A stretch of DNA of 64,000 nt, from positions 4,475 through 68,474 of IMG/VR virus record IMGVR_UViG_3300045125_000039; one strand, given 5' to 3'. Below are positions 45,323 to 59,300 of the stretch, piece by piece. The notes beneath the pieces were generated by a model. It did no database searches. It was not told where the DNA came from and saw nothing but the letters and a program-made list of their open reading frames with translations. Position 1 is the stretch's first letter, and each line of letters begins with the position of its first letter. The stretch is from a virus. Position numbers and translations under genes: made by a program.

Positions 45323-48300
45323 GGACTCGATCCAGATTTAGTATCGTATTTTTTAAATCTACCATTTCTCTTATCGGATTGATAAGGGTTTCCACAGACC
45401 AATATTTAGAGTGTTTCTGTTTTGTATTAAATCCAGTTTAGTTGTCATATTGACATAGTTGCTACAGCACCAGCCAACCAGTATTTGTGTTTCTAAATGT
45501 TGGATCATAATCATTTTCTTTACAAAATTCAGTATAATCATTTAATGGAATAAATGAAGAGCAATCGATTTTAGATGCTTTTGTTTTTGTATTCTTCCAT
45601 CCACATGTTCCTTTGTTATTGTCTCCATCAACTTCCCATATCCACAAATCGATTAAATTACCATCTTTGTTTTTTAAATTTCTAACATATTTGTTCGTCG
45701 CATATGTTATAGCACTACCAGTATTCACCATCTCTGTTCAGTGTATGACCATGAAAATTAAAACCACCAACTACTCCTGTGTACATTTCTTGTTTCAAAT
45801 GCATCGTTGCCATCTTTATCTTTTACTTTTAATTGTGTTTTCCATTCAACATACCAGAACAAGTAGTTTTCAGTTATTTGTTTGTTTGCTGCTTGTATTG
45901 CTTCTTCTTTAGTAGAAAACGCGACCAAACCATCCATAGTCGCTCCAAGGTAAACTTTTTGATTATACTTATCTGGATCTATTGCCATTCTTTGAAATAA
46001 ATCTATATCAGATGTTATTTGTTCACCGAGGATAATCTTTCCATCTACTATAAAGACAACACCAAGAATTTATATGTGCTTGATATGGTAACACAGAAGA
46101 ACATTTTTGACCAACTCCTAACTGTATAGACAGCAGGAGTTCCTCTTCCACCTTTTCTATCAAACTCTATGCAGGAACAATAGTTCTCGGTTATTACTGT
46201 TGACATTAGTTTGGGTCCTACTATATTTGGTACTACAGGTCCTGTAATATAGGAGTCACATCACCAGTTGATGCTTTCATTGAACATAGAATTGTTTTTG
46301 TTAATAGCACGCCTGGTTTATAGCCCCATTCACCCCATTCTTCCGTGCCTTTATCTCTACAATTAATATGATAAGCATCATGTAATCTTCCCAATTTAAA
46401 TAATGTTTCATTAAACTCTTGAATTTGATTACTCTTCATCAACACACCAGAGTTCAAGAATGAGATTGGTCTATTCCAGAAATATAGTGGATCAAAGTTA
46501 TCGACATAGAAATTCTGGAAGTAACCACTGTTCAATCCATTATTCAATAGGAAAGAAGTTACATATTGATATTTGTATGCTCTCTGCTGGACCCGGTTCA
46601 TTTGAATTTTCTGCTTGTAGTCTTGAATTCTTATATGAGTCCCAATTTAATCCAACATTAAATGTTCTAAGCGGAGTTCCGTTTATGTACTTATTTGGAC
46701 CAACAAGAGGATACAACTTATCTGTTTCTGGACTAATTGTTATAGTTTTTGTTCCATCAATTTGTAATTCATAAACACTTGGGAACGCTTCAGTTCCTGG
46801 ACTTAGAGTGTTACAACCAGTAACTCCTGTATATGTTTCAGAATTCCAATATTTAATAGGAACAGCAGCAATCATTACTTCGTCCATACATGGTAGAGGT
46901 GAGCAAGAGCATCTAGATGAACCAATAAAAGATCCTGCACCAGCAGAGGTATTATCACATGGATAATATGATGTAGATGCTCTTCTACTATAATACAAAT
47001 ATGTTCTAGGAACACCTGCAGTATAGTTAGGATCTGTTGCTGCATATACAGATGGTAATCCCTTATATGCCAATTCTGCTGATGTAAATTCATTTTCAGG
47101 TGCTAACTTGACGCCAGTAACTACACTTAATGTTGAATGTGTTAATATTGAATTTGTAGAATCTGCTTCTGTTCTTAACTTCTCATAGCAAGAAATACAG
47201 AAAGGAACAACTGCTCTATCATTTTCTTTATTGTTTCCACAACAATTCCATAAATTATTTGCATTAAACAAATGTTCATACCATAATTTAGATGTTCCTG
47301 TTGATCCAGATGCTGCCAGTTCCAATAAGAACCCATAGGAACTAAAGATCTAAAACCAAGATCTGTAAACTTCTTGGACTTATCAAAGAACCACCATATT
47401 CTCTATATTGTGATTCATTAGAATCCCAACAGAAAGGACTCTTATCTCTTGCATATGGGAAGTATGGATTTTCTTCTGGAACAGGATTTTTTGATGGTAC
47501 ACAATCTGGGTCTGCAGCACTAGTTCTAATTTATTATCGACTATTGCTTCAACTTTTCTTATTTGAGGAAGATTTGCCTTCCATAAAGAAACATTATTCG
47601 CCTCAAGAGGTTGTTTGTGATTTGGAACCCAAGGTTCTGTTATAGACCAGTAGGTATTATTTTTATAAATTGGTGTCACCAGTTATATAAATGTCACCAC
47701 AACGAACACATCTACAATCTATGTTATATTTTAAATGTATAGAGGAACCAAGAACATCTATTCCAGACTTATTATAAAATGGACTCAATCTAGCAGATTC
47801 ATTTCTGCCAACATTTTTTAGTTCATAGATTGCATTTGTTTTCTTTTCCAAACACTCCATGCAGTCATCAAAGTAGAATCCTTCTGCCAATCCAAGATCT
47901 GAATATGTTGCTTGTTTGTATCCTTTTGCAAATGTAGCATCTGTTCCCACCACCAAGTAAGAATCTTCCAACATTGGAATCCAGTATTGATTTTGGGAAA
48001 TAACAGTTATCACCGTCCGTGAATATTTTACCAACAACATCACCAACAACTGTGAACTTTAATTTTCTAAATTCATCAACAGGTATATCTTTCAATTCAA
48101 ATGCAGAGTAATCTGGTGCTTCTTTATCTGCAAATTTTAACATCTTATCAATACTTCTTAATGGTTTGTATGAATTTACATCACACGATGAACATCTATC
48201 ATCTGTTGATCTTTTCTTACCACCAGACAAACAATTTGTATCTCTAAGGTAATCTGCATCACCAAAGTCTAAAGAGGTTCTACTTGGTCTGCAATATTCG

Positions 48301-49207
48301 AATGCAGTTTGATCAGCAATTTCCCCAGAACCAGTTCCAGTTATATAACCATTGAATGGTAAAGTTGGATTTAATGGAATTATAAGTTCCTTTGTTAATT
48401 TAACTCCTGCTGCTATTATTTGTGCAGGATCATATATTTGATAATATCTGACAGTTTGTGGATATGCTGCTTCGAGTCCCTTGAATCCCCAAACAGATCC
48501 AAAACGAGACTTCACCATATGCGTCTAGTGGATTTTCACCTTCTTCTCTTTGAAGATCGCTCTACTTGCCCAACAACCAACTACTTCACCAGAATTACAA
48601 CTAACCGCACACTGATAAAGTCTATTTGCACCATGGCACGGTCCATAACCAAGCCCAAAATCCAGACATTGCATAGAATTTATTAAAAACTTACTTCACC
48701 GTTTGCACTGGGAAATTTCTCCAACCAGTTGTGCTACTAGGAGTCCATGATTGACCATTGTATAATTTGTATTCAATATAAGCATCGGAGTAATAATAAT
48801 CGGTAGTGTTTGTTTCAATTCTGTTATCCACTATAGGCATGCCGCCGCCGTAATCTGGTGATCTATCTTCATCTAATACGCCAGATATTGAATAATCTAC
48901 TCTTGCCAATAAAATATCTGCAAGACATGATACTTTTTTATCACTGAATGGAGGGAATAGTGGTTTTTCACATTCGCCACAACTAGGAACATAATTAAAC
49001 CCTTGAGTATAATCAGAACAACCTAGAGAAGTACATCTGTTAAAACTAGCTCGATAACTTGGATCTCTGTGAGATTGACTCTTGACTATATCTTGTTTTG
49101 GTATTGTGGTGGATATAATCAAACCATTACTACCATCTACTCTTGATTTAAAAATAGGAGTAGTAGATTCTATAGTGATATAAAATGTTGATAGGTCTGT
49201 TGCTCAT
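45319..49207 (-). CDS. Large moderately Cys-rich protein Z (about 1300 aa if one gene), frameshifted
   Basis: Start MSNRPINIL at 49207. ORF fragments 48691-49122, 47868-48518, 47663-48049, 47383-47679, 46540-47325, 46233-46601, 45758-45988 and 45462-45731 overlap end to end. No family recognised. Confidence 0.5.
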
Positions 49208-49208
49208 A

Positions 49209-49792
49209 TTATCTTGTGATTGCTGGTGTTACTACGAATCTTCCTTGTAATATTCTAAAAACTACTGTATTGGAATCCAAACCATCAGTTATATTCTGAA
49301 AGTTTGCACATCAGTAGCAACGTGCTGGTAATTTATAAAACACTAGTTCAAGATCATACAGATAATTACCATAGTTTATTCTTCTTGTTATAAAAGATGA
49401 TAATGATATTTTTAAATTTGGTGTTGGTATTTGTTGTATTCCAACTGGTAATCCGTCTGATAGACTCAAATCAATTGCATTTGACCCTAGAGGATTATAA
49501 CTTTCCCCGTATAATGAAACAGGACCAGAGTCTGTTGCGTTCAGGGATTCAATTCTACTATTCCACCGTTTACAGAATTTCTAACTTGCATTTTTGCAAA
49601 TACACCACACTTACCTGCTCTAGTGGATTGTGCTAATTCTGTTTCAAATCCAGATGGTATTGCTGTTATCGAAGGTGCACGAGTATTGCCTTCATTTAAA
49701 TTAACAACTATATTTGTTGCGTCTTTAAATTTTAATTTAAGTTTATAACTAGTGCCTTCTTCAATTTGTATGTCATAATAGGCTGCTGGCAT
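49209..49792 (-). CDS. Adaptor/baseplate-upper-like protein (YDI..EEG type), frameshifted
   Basis: MPAAYYDIQIEEGTSYKLKLKFKD...AKMQVRNS...YDLEL...LQGRFVVTPAITR*. Confidence 0.55.
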
Positions 49793-51413
49793 CGAAAGGT
49801 TTACCTCCTGTTGGATCTGCTTGTGGTGCTACCGTATTTATACCACCTGCAGAGGTCTGACCACCAGTAGGTGCTCCGGGTTGACCCATTTCTTGTCCTT
49901 GTGGAGATAAACCAGCAGCAATTGATGCTTCTTGTTGCTTTTGCATCTGTATCATCTGTTCTTCAGTAATTTCAGCATCAATTTGTACAATATCTTGATC
50001 TGTTTGACGCAATAGATTCTTTCTTAACCATCTATCAGAATAGAATTTACCAGAATAGTCTGCTGCATCTCTTAGAATTGATATTCTATCTCTTAATATT
50101 TCATGCTTGCTTGGATTCTGCAAAGTAGGAGTCTGTAGCAAACTTAAAGTGTTATGTCTTGCTCGATACTCTTCCAATCATCCTCACTCATTACTTGTTT
50201 TGCTAATAATTGAACTCTCAAGAAGTTCAAGAATAATTCACTAAACTTTCAAACGAAGTCTATTAATAAACTTTGAAAATTTTAATTCATCTCTTGTAAT
50301 TTCAGATGCTCTTCCCATATTGAAATCCGTATTTCGGCTTCGATTCTGACTAATAGGAATGTTGAGTGACTTTAACAATTTCTTTTGGAAGTAAAGAACA
50401 TCTTCCATCTCTCCAAGATTTTGACCACCGGGTAAAGTTGAAATTTCTGTTCCTTGACCACCTCTCTACGGGGTAACCAATAATCTTCCAACATGCTCAT
50501 GTGTTTACGATCATCACGAATTTCTCCGGTATTTGCATCGTAAACAAGTTTATTGCGAAATCTATTCATCTGATCACGCATATATTGTTCTGCTTTATTC
50601 TTTGGCAATGAACCAACATCGATATAAAATACGCGACGCTCTGGTGCTCTTGACCTAACGGTAGATTACAGTAGCATCTTCAACCATTCTCAATTGATTG
50701 AGTGGCTTAATTGCTTTGTGTAAATAACCAACTATTCTTTTACTTGCAGTAGTCATATAACCCAGAATGGACATAGTTTATGCTATCTGCTGGATATTCT
50801 TAATCCCTTTGTATCATATGGATTTAATTTTTCATAGTTAGAAAATACATAATATTCCTTTACATCTTTGACTAGTGGAACATTTGCAAGTGTTGTATCT
50901 TTCTTTACTTCTCTTATCTTCTTTATTAGAAGCGGATCTATAAGACGAACTTCCTTCAATCCCATCGTTGGGTCGTCGTGTAATATGTGATGATAATACA
51001 TTCTACCATCAACATACCATTTTCTAAAAATTTCAATACCCTTCTTACTAAAATTTAGTAGAGTATAAAATTATATCAAATTCACCATAGATAATATCTT
51101 TTATTTCATCTGGTATATTTACTTTATCCAAATCTAATTGAAGAACTTTACCAGTTGCATCTTCTGTTATTGCATCATTGCAATATCGTCAATTGCAGCA
51201 TCCACTTCTGAATGCAGAGACATTTCTCTGTATTTTCTTATTAGTTCAACATCACCTTTGAGTGTTCCATCCAAGTCAATATATTGACCTTGAAAGCCCA
51301 CCACCTTCGACAACACTAGCACCGTCATCAATTGCTTTCGGTACAAATGACTCTACTTTGTCTTGTGTGTCGTTCTTTTTTCCAAATGTAAAACCAAATA
51401 ACTCAAATGCCAT
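49773..51413 (-). CDS. gp20: Portal protein, frameshifted
   Basis: MAFELFG, WYVDGR.YYH, RAPERRVFYIDVGSLPKNKAEQY, RNKLVYDANTGEIRDDRKHMSMLEDYWLPRREG. Confidence 0.96.
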
Positions 51414-51429
51414 AATAAAGATCCTTTTC

Positions 51430-52169
51430 TAGAAGAAGAGTAAGGGGTTTGTGATGTCTAATTCCAAACCCATTACCACCTGCTGTTGATATACCGAAGG
51501 AATTGTTTCCACTACCTCCACCAGTACTTATGCCGAATGAATTTCCTCCTGCGGTGGTAACACCGAATGAGAATCCATTTCCTGATTGTGACTGGTTGTT
51601 TACGCTAGGCACCAACACCAGCAACATTGACTGCACTGTTTGTTTGGTATGGTGAGAGGCTCTGTCACGAAATATGAGTACTTAAAGGTTACTTGGAATT
51701 CTGAAACAGTATCATTTTGATCATAACCTAGTTGTACGGATGATACTAATTCTTACTTTATATCAAAGAACTGATACCATTTTACTATTTTGTAACTTCT
51801 GTCTAACTGTGCTACAGTAGCAACACCGAATGCTTGTCTTGGGTTTGGATACTGTGTTGAGTTACCAGCATGGGTATTAAACAATTCATTCCACAATTCA
51901 AATGTATTTCTTAATGTCATATTTTGATCATTGATTACATCAATAGTCCAATCATCATATGTACGATCTCCGGGATAACAGTGCCATACGACCGAGGTAT
52001 GGAACATTTACTTCACCAAGATATGATTGTGGTAACATTGCTGCTTTGCAGAAAAACTGTAATTGTGGAAGTGGACTCAACGGGACAAACCAAATTTACA
52101 GAGTAAAGATTTGGTCTTGAACCGCCGTCGAAAGCGGACATGAATGAATTGATTGAAGAGTCGAGCCAT
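51430..52169 (-). CDS. gp19: Tail tube protein with Gly/Phe-rich C-terminal extension, frameshifted
   Basis: GGSRPNLY, FFCKAATLP, PGDRTYDDWTIDVINDQNM.LRN.FELW, F.VTF.Y; follows gp18. Confidence 0.88.
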
Positions 52170-52214
52170 TTTTATTTTCTCCTTGATACCTCTATTTATG
52201 CCCTTTTTTTATAA

Positions 52215-54060
52215 TTATCCACCGAATTCTGCGAAATGTAACACCAGTTGGTGTTGCAACAAAGTTAAGACGAATGAAGTTGATGCTTCTTGCTGGTGCA
52301 ATGAAGATATCTGCTACGAATTGATTTTGATCAATTACAGATGGTGTGTTGTTTGTTTCATCACATATAATTGCATATGATGTTACACCTCTCTTGCCCT
52401 GTACATCTCTTAAGAATGGTTCTACGAGTTGACGGAACTGAGCTCTTGTAAACGAATCGTTGAATTCGAAGAGTTGGAACTTAGCAGCAGTTGCAATGGT
52501 CTTTTCTAGAACATTGAAGAGTCTGCGTACATTGATTCTATCGAAAGCACTTGGTTTAGTTTGTAGTGTCTTATCACCAAAGAGAATTGCTCCTGATCCT
52601 TGGAAAGAAACTACTGGATTGATATTTACAGAATACAATTTATCTCTATATTCCTTTGATGGGTTCCATACCAACTTTACTATGTTATTGATACGACCAC
52701 GATCTATAACCTGCTGAGTGAATACCAAGGTTCTTTTGTATTGTCTGTTCTTACACAGCAACCTGCAATATCACCACATAGTGGAACATAGATGAATCTA
52801 TCATTGAATCTGTCGTATTGATATTTTGCATTTCCATCCATAACACCATATGAGGATGAGACCGATTACACCTCTATAGGTATTTAAAACATCGAAAACA
52901 TCATCATCTGTTGTTGTTGTACCAATTTCATTTACAATTTCTAGTGGTTTTGCAGATACGAAAGCGATGCAGTCTTGTCTAGCAGCAGCAATTTCTATTA
53001 CTTTCTTTGCATTTGTTGCATTCATGTGACCTGCGATTAGGAGAGAAACATCTACTTCTTCTGTGTTGCTAAACTCTCTTTCAAATGTATCAGCCTTTAG
53101 TGTAAATATACCTGCTTCATCATTTGAAGTAATTGGTAGTGTTTGTCCTCTACCATTCATTGTATATTGCTTTGTATAAAGAATTTCATAAGGAATTACT
53201 TCACCTGTTGAAGAATTAAATCCAATTTCGCTTCCCCATGATCTTTGTGTTTCCTGCTTGTGTTGTGTAGGTTCCTGCATTGTCTGTATCGTTACCTGTT
53301 CCTGGGTGTTCTCCACACCAAACATACAGCAGACTTGTTGTTATATAACATTTCTATAATAAATTGAAACACCATCTGCAGATTTTGCATCTGATGCTTT
53401 GGAAAGGTTTGGAATACCTCCAACACTGTTCCTTTTTGTCCTGAGAATGTACCGAGTTCATCGATAACTACTATGTGAATTTCGTCATCAACATTTGATG
53501 AGCCTGTTAAATTTTGCATAGTCTGATGTACCCAGGAGTTCCTAATTTATTAATCCATGTATCATGATATGCAGTTGAAATCGCATCTGTTTGATCTGGA
53601 TCTGCCTGATCCACTACAATGACTGTTAGGCTTGTTTCTAGTGATCCTGGGTACTTAGCAGCAAATCTCCAATTGCAATCTGTATCAATATGTTCCAGCG
53701 ATTGATTGTCTCTCGTAATCTTCTTGATTTGCAATTGTAAAGTCTGTACCAGAACCACAGTCTGTTGCATTATAAGAGTTGGTTTGGTTTTGCTCTTACA
53801 ACTGTTAGAGCACCGCCGTAGGAAAGATAGTTAGCAGCAACGAACCAATCTATTGAATAGAAGACATCTGTTACGCTTCTAAATGGTTTGCCAAAACATT
53901 TTGTAACTTTTTCTTCTGAGTCGATTAGTACTTTTGGTCTACTGGGACCCCATTGAAATACGCCAACATAACCTGCTGAGTGTGGTTGCAATTTGTTGGA
54001 ATCACACTGGTTAAGTCAAATTCTTTAATTTCTACTGCCGGGACTTAATTGGAATGCCAT
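52215..54060 (-). CDS. gp18: Tail sheath protein, frameshifted
   Basis: MAFQLSP..EIKEFDLT, GVFQWGP, DEIHIVVIDE.G.FSG..GTVLE, LFGDKTLQTKPSAFDRINVRRLF, DIFIAPARSINFIRLNFVAT. Confidence 0.96.
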
Positions 54061-54120
54061 TTTCTCTCCTTATTCGCCCTATTTTGGCCTAAGGTTATGT
54101 ATAAAAATCATTATTTCTAT

Positions 54121-55756
<1,636 letters not shown>

Positions 55757-55767
<11 letters not shown>

Positions 55768-56215
55768 CTGTTTCTAATTGTTTAATTTCTTGCATCTTAC
55801 CCTTCAATAACTTCTGTAATTCTGTAGTACTACCAACAAATATGGATTGATTGGTAATATTTTGGTGCAGATTGAGTAGAAGCAGGAGATTCTTGTTTTT
55901 ATTTCCTTTTAATTGTTTATGTAATTGTAGAAGATCCTTATTTGCATCCGCTACACTTTTAATCAACTGTGATACGACTTCATATGCTCTTGGAGAATCA
56001 CCTTCAGAAGCAACATGAAGAATACCGTTAATTGCTTTATTTCCCTTTTCTATAATACTATACAAATTTAGTCTTACGGCTTCAAAATCAGTAGTAGCAA
56101 CATCCTGTTTTTCAACTGGTGTTAGTACTAATGGCTCTTGTTCTATTATTTCATTGGAAGTTTCTACATTAAAAACTTCGCTCAATTTTTCATCAATAGA
56201 TTTTTTATCTTCCAT
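55757..56215 (-). CDS. gp16: Terminase small subunit
   Basis: DFEAVRLNLYSIIEKG..AINGILHVA.E.DSPRAYEV..QLIK...TNQSIFVGSTTELQKLLK. Confidence 0.9.
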
Positions 56216-56227
56216 AATATACCTCTC

Positions 56228-56379
56228 AATTATCTATAATTACGAATTTGTATCGTCACTATAGATTATATCTTGAAACAAATTTAATTGTTTATTTGCT
56301 GTATATTCAATAAAATTTTCTTTTAAATTTTGAATTAATTTTTCTTGTTGTTGTTGTAAAATTGTTTTTCGTCAGCCAT
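56228..56379 (-). CDS. Small hypothetical protein (frameshifted)
   Basis: AAGGA RBS then ATG at 56379 (MADE...), ending near ...FVIIDN* just upstream of gp16. Confidence 0.35.
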
Positions 56380-56391
56380 ATACTATATCCT

Positions 56392-59300
56392 TTAAGTTGC
56401 TTGTTTGCAGCAGCAATAAACTCTACATACATCATTTGATATACATTCTTCATAGTTGTCAGAACATGTTGTGCATGTGGCTCTGGTGGACAACATTCAT
56501 TTTCCACACAGTAAACATCTGTTTGACATTCTTTGTAATAATAGTTATTGCAAAGATCGCATGGGTTATTACAACAATTATTTTGAACACATACTGGATC
56601 TGCTGAACACTCTGCATACCCTTCTTTAGTTCTACTCTTGTTGCATGGTGTACATGGATTTGGTGGGCAACAACCTTTTGTAACACATGTTGCATTTTGT
56701 ATGCATGTAGCATAATCCCCTGGACAATTTTCACATGGTGGGGTTTCTCTGCAACATATATTCTTTACACATTCAAGTTATATTAGAACAATTTTCATTT
56801 CTACAACCAAAACATGGATCGGGTGGTGGTGCATTACAACATCCCTTATCTGCACAACCAGAAGTTGTTATACAAGTTGGATATGCTGATTCTTTATATG
56901 GTGGACAACTTGAACAAGGATTTGTACAACATGGTTGACCTGTTCCCCATGTATCAATACAGAAATTCTTATTTTGTTTATTAATACATGTTATATATTG
57001 ATTTCTAGTATCGTCTTGACAACGACTAGATTTACAACTACAGCAACCAGGAACACCAGCATCTGGTGAGTTGCTACATCTTGGATCTGGGTGTGTGCAT
57101 GAAGCATTAGGATGATCTGGATCATTCTTACAATCTAAGCATGTTGGTGTAGTTGGACAACATCCTGCTGCAACACATGCTGAATTTTTGTTACATTCGA
57201 AGTAATTTGTTGAACAACCTAAACATGGATTTGTACAACATGGATGATCCGGACTCTGTTGTGGTGGGACACAATCTGGGTTTGCTAAACATGCTTCATA
57301 TTCTGCTTTAGTAGAGGATCTGCAATTATTTAAAATACAAGGAGCAAGACCACAACATCCATTCAGATTACATCCAGGATTTAATATGCATGTATAATAA
57401 GAATTGGGATCTGCATCTAAACAACCTTCGCATGGATCTATTGAGCAACAACCATTGGATGCACATGTTAGATTAGAATAACAATCTTGTGGATTTTCAT
57501 AATCACAACCAGCACATGACGGAGGTTCTGCATATACAGCAACCTGCATTCTTACAGAATGAATCTTGCATACATGTTGTAAAGTCTTTGGAGCAGTTTG
57601 TACATGGATATACACAGCACCCTGCTTCATTGCAGCATTGATTTTGTTTACATGCCTTCCAGCCCATTTATTGTGGCTAGAATCTGGACAATTCATATTT
57701 GTACAATTGCAGTGTGAACAACAACCATTTTGAACACATTGTGCGTTTGCTTTGCATTCTGCACATGTATTTGGACAACCGGAACAAGGTTCTGTTTCTC
57801 TTCTAATACAACATTTGTTAGTTGCACAATAGGAACTTTCAATACACAATTGATATTCTTGTTCAGTATCACATACACCACCATTGTCTCTGCAATGGTT
57901 GCAAAGATCACATGGTCCGGGTGGTGGAGCATCACAGCAACCTTTAGCAGCATATGGTGATCTTTAAACACTGATTATAATCTTTTGGTTTTCCTATGCA
58001 TGGATTTGTACAGCAACCAGCAGTTACACATGAAGGAGTTGTTCTACAAATATCATATCTTAATTTTGTATCAGTTAAACACTGTGATCTATTACATACA
58101 CAACATGATTGATCTTGACATAAAGAATCTGCATTACCGCATGCAGTTGGGCTTACACAATGCACATGTAAACACACCACATGAACATCCTTTCTGTCTG
58201 TATATTGTTTAAATTCATTATTTGTTCCAGATTCTGCGGCCTTACATGCTCTCCATTTTTCTATGGTATCAATAATTGGCATACCTGAGCATGGATCACT
58301 ACAACAACCAGAACTTAAACATGTAGTATTCGTTAAACAATTTTGATATTGTGTTACAGTTGTACTAGCACAAGCAGAGTCATTGCATGGACAACAATCT
58401 GTTTCTGGTGCTGAATTATTTTTACATCTTGTATCGGTACTTGTACACGAAGTAGAACCACAATACGAACACAAGAAAGAACCACAACATGCGTTATCTC
58501 TTAAACCACTGAATATACCAGTGTTTTGCAATACACTGGTCATATAATTGTGGTGTGGTTATTAAAGATAAAACTGGAACACCACTTAACTTACAAGGAT
58601 CATCACAGCACGAAGATTGTGGACAATTTACTACACAATTCTCATATTCTGCCTTTGTGCTAGTTGCACATTCACTCTTTGAACAAATACAACATCCACC
58701 TTCCCATGTTTGACAAATTTGGGGCAGGTACACTGTTCAAAGTTTCTTGAACATTCACAATATGAAGTATCCAATTCACCATCACCATCCCTATCAAATG
58801 GTTGAGTACAATAAGAACAATTAAAATTACAACACTCTAATAGACTCCACTGTATATTATTAGCATTAGTATTAGCGGTATCTACACAATTCCAATAAAT
58901 TGATGGAGCACCTGTACATGGATCTGGATCCACAACAATTAATATTTGGACAAGATGCAATACAATTTAACCATTCAGATTTTGTAAATCCCATTGATGT
59001 ATCTGATGCGCTGACAAACTGGATTATCATCACATGTACAACACGATGGACATTGTGAAAATGTGGTGTTTGCACAAACTGTCACCGGATCCGAACCACA
59101 CCATGAACAATTCCAATTTCCACAACATGCTGTATCAAAGCCTTCCAAATCCAGAGTAAGCACCAGTTCTTGTTATGCACTGATTATATGTCACTCCATC
59201 TGTTGGTGCTGGTATAGATGCACATGGAGTTTACACAACAAGCCTGGAGTTGGACAACCACCTTGTGCTATAGATTTGATGCAATTTTCATATTGTGCTT

